Assembly (NCBI GenBank): GCA_036867785.1
Contig: CP145416.1
Location: 744,001 to 808,000 of the forward strand
DNA: 64,000 nt
Source of the DNA: Plasmodiophora brassicae
Taxonomy: Eukaryota
Reading direction: 5' to 3'
Below are positions 58,917 to 64,000 of the stretch, one piece after another. Position 1 is the first letter of the stretch; every line of letters starts with the position of its first letter. A program made the position numbers and the translations under genes. Below the pieces are notes generated by a model, which worked only from the letters and a program-made list of their open reading frames with translations, ran no database searches and was not told the origin of the DNA.

Positions 58917-59759
58917 TCAGTGCGTGACGACGCGAAGTGGCGGTTCTGATCGAAGCAGGGTCGTCGAACACGTCCTTGCGTCGCGAAGGTCGAGCTCGAT
59001 CGGTGACGGTGGCGGCTTCGCGATCGAGAACCGAACGTGCTTGGGAGCGGTGTTCTTCAGCGACCGTTGTGGCCGAATACACGGTGGGCGCATCGTGCTC
59101 GCTCTGATCCGCACCGGTGCCAACCGATGCGCCAGCTTGCCCTTGACACGTTGGGCATGTTTCTCCAACGGCGCTAAATCGATCTTTCCGACGTAAGCGC
59201 CGGTTCTCGCGTGGATGGCACGAAGACGATCAGCGTTGCTGATGCAATCGCGTAGCGCTGCGCTGTCGACGTGTGACGATGTCGTGACCCAGTGCAGCGT
59301 CTCCTGCATCCGATGGTGCACCTGGGAGAACACGCTGGTGAGGGTTGCTACGAGCAGGCGGAAGAGGAAGACGTTGAACGTCGGGTATGATTTCGCTGTG
59401 CGCACGGCGGATGCCAGCTGTTCCAGCTGGGCGATATCGGCCCGGTTCGCGTCCGTACGCGAACAAAGCACATACGCATCCATCTCCACCTCCACGACGG
59501 CAAGCGACTTCCCCGAGCAGAGCCTGCAGACGCGCTGCGGTTGCTCGTTGCCCCATCCGAGCTGGGGGAGAAACGCGGTGTACGGCGAACAGTCGTCGCA
59601 GGTGAGGAGACCGCACGAACGACAGTGGTGTCGTGCGCGGAACATTGTGAAAGGCTCGTGGCAGAACGAGCACCTTGGTCCTTCGTCTGCCCAAACGACA
59701 ATGGACCTGTTCAACGTCTGCAACGTTCGCGTCAGTTGCGCGGCGGCGACCTCGTCCAA
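58917..59759 (-). CDS. FYVE zinc-finger protein (upstream exon(s) unresolved)
   Basis: WADEGPRCSFCHEPFTMFRARHHCRSCGLLTCDDCS...RVCRLC. Confidence 0.85.
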   Translation of the reverse strand: MDEVAAAQLTRTLQTLNRSIVVWADEGPRCSFCHEPFTMFRARHHCRSCGLLTCDDCSPYTAFLPQLGWGNEQPQRVCRLCSGKSLAVVEVEMDAYVLCSRTDANRADIAQLEQLASAVRTAKSYPTFNVFLFRLLVATLTSVFSQVHHRMQETLHWVTTSSHVDSAALRDCISNADRLRAIHARTGAYVGKIDLAPLEKHAQRVKGKLAHRLAPVRIRASTMRPPCIRPQRSLKNTAPKHVRFSIAKPPPSPIELDLRDARTCSTTLLRSEPPLRVVTH

Positions 59760-60192
59760 ACGATAAGCAGACGTACCTGGCCCATTGACGGAGATCGGGC
59801 CAGTCGCCGTGGTGCTCCCTGGACTCTGGGGGGTCGATGGTCCGTGCGCAACGGCGACGCGACGTGGGCCGGCTGGGAGTACGTAGCAGCCTGCAATCGT
59901 TCCCCGGCGGTAACGTCGTTAACAGTCCATTGGTGCGCGGCCTCCTCGCGTCTGCTTCCCGCTCTACATCAACGACGAAATATGGTACACTGTCGGCACC
60001 CGCCAGATCACGCGTACCTATGCAGTGTCGAACACGAATACATTTCGTGCGACAGCAGTATTGCAACGTGTATCGAAGCGGATCACGGGGCAACAGGATC
60101 AGGTCGGCTATAGGCCGAGCAGCGCAAGACTCTGGGGGCCTTGGCAGGGGGTATCGTGCCGAGTCGAACGTCGAGATGGACCGTCCACGCGG

Positions 60193-60430
60193 CTAATCTC
60201 GAGCCGATCACCTGCGAACCTTGGAGGACTCGATGAGCCCTTAGACTCGCCCCGGAGCCGCCACCCTGCAAGACCCCAGCACAGAGGTGACAGGCCGGCT
60301 CTGCCAGGCCGGGGAAAGTGAGCGTTCTGCGAACTCCCCTACGGTCCTCGGATCCGAGAACGAGGCGCCTGCGTTAAAAGCGCGAAACACAAATAAACTA
60401 AACTAAACTAAACTAAACTAATCTCGAGCC
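60193..60430 (+). mobile_element. 5'-truncated non-LTR retroposon with (TAAAC)n tail and 13-bp target-site duplication
   Basis: ctaatctcgagcc at 60193-60205 and 60418-60430 flanks a ~212-bp insert ending in aaataaactaaactaaactaaactaaa. Confidence 0.82.
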
Positions 60431-60582
60431 AGATTCACCGTAGATGCCCTAACCTTTCGGTACTCGTTGATCGATAAGGACCCGTACCCCCAGGCGACCC
60501 AGCCGAATCATACCAACTGTACACCAAACGATCCTGTTGAGCAGCGGCGATCCAGCTCACTTATACCCCACATCGACGAAGC

Positions 60583-61932
60583 ATGGCATCGTGGGTGCGC
60601 TCCATAGTCGTCATCGCCATCGCCTTGACGACCGCTGATGCGTTAACGCTCGCCGACGGCAGCATCATCGCGACCTACGACTTCCCCAAAGGCCGCACGT
60701 CGCCATTCGTCGTTAACGCTACCTGCCGGTTCGTGGCCAGCGACAATGACATGTCGGGCGCCACCGATCGGATCGCAATCGTCACCGTTCACGATACGGC
60801 CGTCAACGTCGACACCTTGGCGTCTACCTGCCTGTCAGCTGGGTGCCGTGCCCTCGCGTTGTACACGCCGCCGTCCACTCTTCTACAGACGGCCCTGGAG
60901 CTGACCGCCTGGCAGTACGTGCCAAGGAACCCGTTCCCGATTCCCATCGTTGTGCTCGGCCGTGCCGACCCGCAGCAGATCGCCCGATTACAAACTGATG
61001 CATTCGTTCAGATCGCATCCGGTGAGTTCGAGAACCCGGCGGGGATCGCCCTGACAAGCATCCCGGTGAAGGCATTGCTGTCGTTCAATGTCGTCATCTT
61101 CTCGGCCACCATTCTGTCGGGTTTCTTCAAGCTGCTGTGTTTCGGTATCAGCAGCAACAGGAAGCCGAGGGCGATCCCGTTCCTGGCGCTCCTTCTTCTG
61201 GGCTCCATTCTATTGTTCGCCGCGTTCGGCCTGGTTCCACACGTGAACCTGGTCGTATTCAATGGCCAAGGTCTGCCATGGGCCTTCTTCCTCTATTTCT
61301 CATATGCAGATTACGGGCTATACGCGTTGGCGCGTCTAGCGGTCGGCTTGACGGGTCAGTCGTCGGCCAAGGCAGCCACTGCTGCCAGTAAGACGCAGAC
61401 CATCATCCTGCATGTACTCTTGACAGCGACCGTGGCCGGGACAGCAATAGCATTCGTGGCGCCGGTGGTGTTCACGGGACTGGGTCGTGTTCCCCTTGGG
61501 ATCGTCGTCGCCACCGGGCTGTTCATGGTGCCGGGTGTCTTCTTCTCGGTGATGAACTCGCGCAGCTTCGTCAGCCTGGTCAAGTCACTGCGATCGCCCG
61601 GGAAGAACCTGGGCGTGTCCGGGTTGGAATCGGCTGCCCGGACGAAGTTCACGTGGCGGGGCGCCTTGGCCTTGCTGTGCGGGTACTGCACGCTGCTTGG
61701 GCAGATCGTATTCCTCAGCACGCAGCACACGTCGCCATGGCATTACCTGGTGGCGCGCGGCTTCGAGAAACTGGCCGCCTCAACACATGGCCTGTGTGGC
61801 ATACTGCTTCTTCGGAACCCACCGTCGGCCCTCGACCTGTTCAATGGGACGTCCACGAAACAAAGTGGCAAAGCCGGTTCTGTGGGCACCCCTCACAAAG
61901 CCGTAATTGTCACCGCCAAGACGAAATCGTAA
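60583..61932 (+). CDS. Membrane protein with signal peptide, PA-like ectodomain and ~7 TM helices (divergent family member)
   Basis: A 449-aa intronless ORF with signal peptide, DRIAIV...CLSAGCRALAL...IPIVVL (PA-like) and multiple TM segments. Confidence 0.72.
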   Translation: MASWVRSIVVIAIALTTADALTLADGSIIATYDFPKGRTSPFVVNATCRFVASDNDMSGATDRIAIVTVHDTAVNVDTLASTCLSAGCRALALYTPPSTLLQTALELTAWQYVPRNPFPIPIVVLGRADPQQIARLQTDAFVQIASGEFENPAGIALTSIPVKALLSFNVVIFSATILSGFFKLLCFGISSNRKPRAIPFLALLLLGSILLFAAFGLVPHVNLVVFNGQGLPWAFFLYFSYADYGLYALARLAVGLTGQSSAKAATAASKTQTIILHVLLTATVAGTAIAFVAPVVFTGLGRVPLGIVVATGLFMVPGVFFSVMNSRSFVSLVKSLRSPGKNLGVSGLESAARTKFTWRGALALLCGYCTLLGQIVFLSTQHTSPWHYLVARGFEKLAASTHGLCGILLLRNPPSALDLFNGTSTKQSGKAGSVGTPHKAVIVTAKTKS

Positions 61933-62377
61933 ACGGTTGCTGTCTATCTAGTAAAAGGCGCACTTGGGGAAGAGAGGCACGAGCCAATCGCACCGAGGCT
62001 GCTCGAGTCGCTACCGCGTTGCGGCTGACCTACTGCCTGAGGGTTTGGAGCCCCCGTCTCAAAGCCAACTACGAATGCAGTAGCAGCCGTTCGAACGAAA
62101 CGACAATGCCAACACGATACCAGGGCACGTTTATATGAACGAGAACAGGGTCAGGAGCACATTCCAGCCGGGACCGGGATGTTGCGCGGCAGACGTCATT
62201 CGTGATCGGCCATGCCCTTCGCGGGGGCTGCCCGTCATCACGTCGGCTATGACTGTCACCGATCGGCTCCTCATCTGCCATTGCCAGTTGAAGATGGTAC
62301 TGCGGTGTGCATACCAGCCAGGACCAGACCGTGCTGATGCCACACGTTGCGTCCGGCGACTTAACGTCGGACCCGTC

Positions 62378-63692
62378 ATGGAGGCGCGCTCGAGGCCGAG
62401 AACGCCGAGCTGCGGCAGATGGTTCAGAGCTTGTTCGCGAGAATCGACTCAGCGGACCTGGCACTGGCGAACCTCGCCGGCGGATCCGGACCTGAGGCCG
62501 ACGCTGCCGATCGTGTTGCGGCGCTCGAGACCAAGGTCGACGAGATCGGCCGGCGTGTTGCCGCCATGGATCAGCCGATGACCCAGTGGCCTCCCGCTGG
62601 CGCCCTGAGCTATGTCGGGGCCGTCGAGAACGCCGCAGGAGCCGGAGTGCCGGACCTCCAGCGCCAGACGTTCGCCGGCACCCAGCGACGATGGCATCGT
62701 GGGATATGACTTCGGTCTACGTCCGCGGTATTCGCCGCCAAGCGCTCGGGCGCGTTGGTTCGCTGCTGAAGACCTGCGGCGTCGACATCCGCAAGGTCGT
62801 CGAGATTTCGTTCTTGCGGGCCTCCAGCACGCTGGAGGTCTGGACGTATGATCACGAGCGTGACGGCCTCGTCTACTCGCTGCGTCGCGCCGGGCTTGTC
62901 GTTCTTGAGGGCATGCGCCCGACGGACCCGTCCCTGCTCGGGACGAAGGCGTTCCTGAAGCTGACGCCTGAGCAGCAGCAGCAGTCCGCTGCCGAGCACT
63001 TCGTCGAACGGCTCAGGCGCATCACGTCGCTGGTTGACAGCAACCTGCGCCGTTGCGCCCGCCGTCAGTTCGCCGCGATGCTCGACGAGCAGGTGCGCGA
63101 ACACGACGTCCCACGAGACCAGGTCGACCGCGCCCCCGGCGCGAATGCAGAAGAGTGCGCTGAGCGTCGAAGCAACTCAAGAAGCCGCCGAGCCTCGAAA
63201 CGCCCACAGCCGCCACCGATCGTGCCTGTGCCGCTGACGGCGTCGGCACAAGGGGTGGACCCGTCAGGAGCCGAACGTGTTGCCGCTGACGACGACGACA
63301 GCCGCACCTTCATGGACACGGCGCCGCTCGACGTCATTGCCCGCCGCCGCAGGACGACCGACGACGACGACGTCGAATCCGAGCGCCCGACGACGTATAA
63401 CGCTGCAGGTGCTGGAGGCACGACGCATCGACGCAAGCGCAGGCCGCGTCGGCGCCCTGCGAACGCGTCTGAGCGTGCTGGGCAGGCAGCGGAGGTGCCC
63501 GCGCCTCCCGATGCCCCGCCCGACGCCCTGTCGGACCGCGACGGTCTGATCCAACTGCCCTCCGTCGCTGACGTACCGCCCCAGCTGCCCCCGACCAACA
63601 CGATGGCCGGCGAGCGCAGCGAACTGCCGGACTCGACACCCGAAGTCGAGTCGGCAGAGCCGCCCACTTCCAGTTCCATCTCGCGATGTTGA
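62378..63692 (+). pseudogene. LINE ORF1 (coiled coil + RRM-like), split by apparent frameshifts
   Basis: ALEAENAELRQMVQSL..VAALETKVDEI..SYVGAV is in one frame and TSVYVRGIRRQ...VVEISFL..TLEVW is in another. Confidence 0.6.
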
Positions 63693-64000
63693 TCGCGGGG
63701 TGGAACGTCGACGGTCTCAAGCCTGACCGGCTTGCGGCCGCCGCCACGTTGTTCGACGGATTTGGCCTTACGGCCGCAGTGTTCGTCGAGACGTGGATGC
63801 CGTCGGAGCAGGACCTGCCTGCTCGAATGTCCGAATTCAAGTTCCTCAGCACGAAGGCCGTCCGGGGTGGGAGGGCGGGTCGGTACAGCGGCGTGATCAC
63901 CTTGATGGTCCGCGCGTCCGTCCCAGCGCGCGAGCTCGCCCGCGAGCCACGCGCTGCCAGCCCGCACTGGGCCCTCTGGCGTGTCGCTGACGACGTGGTT
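63686..64000 (+). CDS. LINE ORF2 N-terminus (AP-like endonuclease), runs off the window
   Basis: MLIAGWNVDGLKPDRL...AVFVETW...GRYSGVITLMV. It is not in the ORF track because it has no stop within the window. Confidence 0.88.
   Translation, partial: MLIAGWNVDGLKPDRLAAAATLFDGFGLTAAVFVETWMPSEQDLPARMSEFKFLSTKAVRGGRAGRYSGVITLMVRASVPARELAREPRAASPHWALWRVADDVV

Larger units (their letters stand above)
62378..64000 (+). mobile_element. 5' portion of an APE-type LINE (ORF1 + start of ORF2)
   Basis: An ORF1-like coiled coil, SYVGAV and an RRM-like region, followed by an overlapping ORF2 with AP-endonuclease motifs. The exact 5' end is not determined. Confidence 0.85.

Overview
Gene-dense (~60% GC) eukaryotic genomic DNA with very short GT-AG introns (~45-65 nt) and very short intergenic gaps. 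The style fits a compact protist genome. My best guess is the plasmodiophorid Plasmodiophora brassicae, which is an inference and not proven. Bases 1-44.2 kb hold a tightly packed run of housekeeping genes: SART1/Snu66, kinesin-3 with 4 B-box-like repeats, ATP23, a PYM-SAM fusion, an SLC19-like transporter, a LOTUS/zinc-finger/WG-repeat protein, VPS33, a PPR protein, a LisH-WD40 protein, MOG1, a pseudo-helicase, a formin, a RAP-domain protein, a C2H2 factor, a TauE transporter, prolidase, ATG7, IDI1, a TOM1-like protein and an MMS22L-like protein. From 44.2 kb onward the region is accessory and repeat-rich. It contains a GTTATAAC palindrome cluster, a decayed Crypton-like tyrosine-recombinase element, a fold-back of hAT fragments, tandem PA-like/multi-TM receptor genes and a 960-bp near-perfect palindrome. 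It also contains a gamma-CA gene, a Cys-rich secreted protein, TAF1C/Rrn6-like and FYVE genes, a TSD-flanked retroposon 3' fragment, and the 5' part of an APE-type LINE running off the window end. Gene boundaries were spliced by eye, so several starts are approximate. Family calls come from motif recognition, not from database searches.
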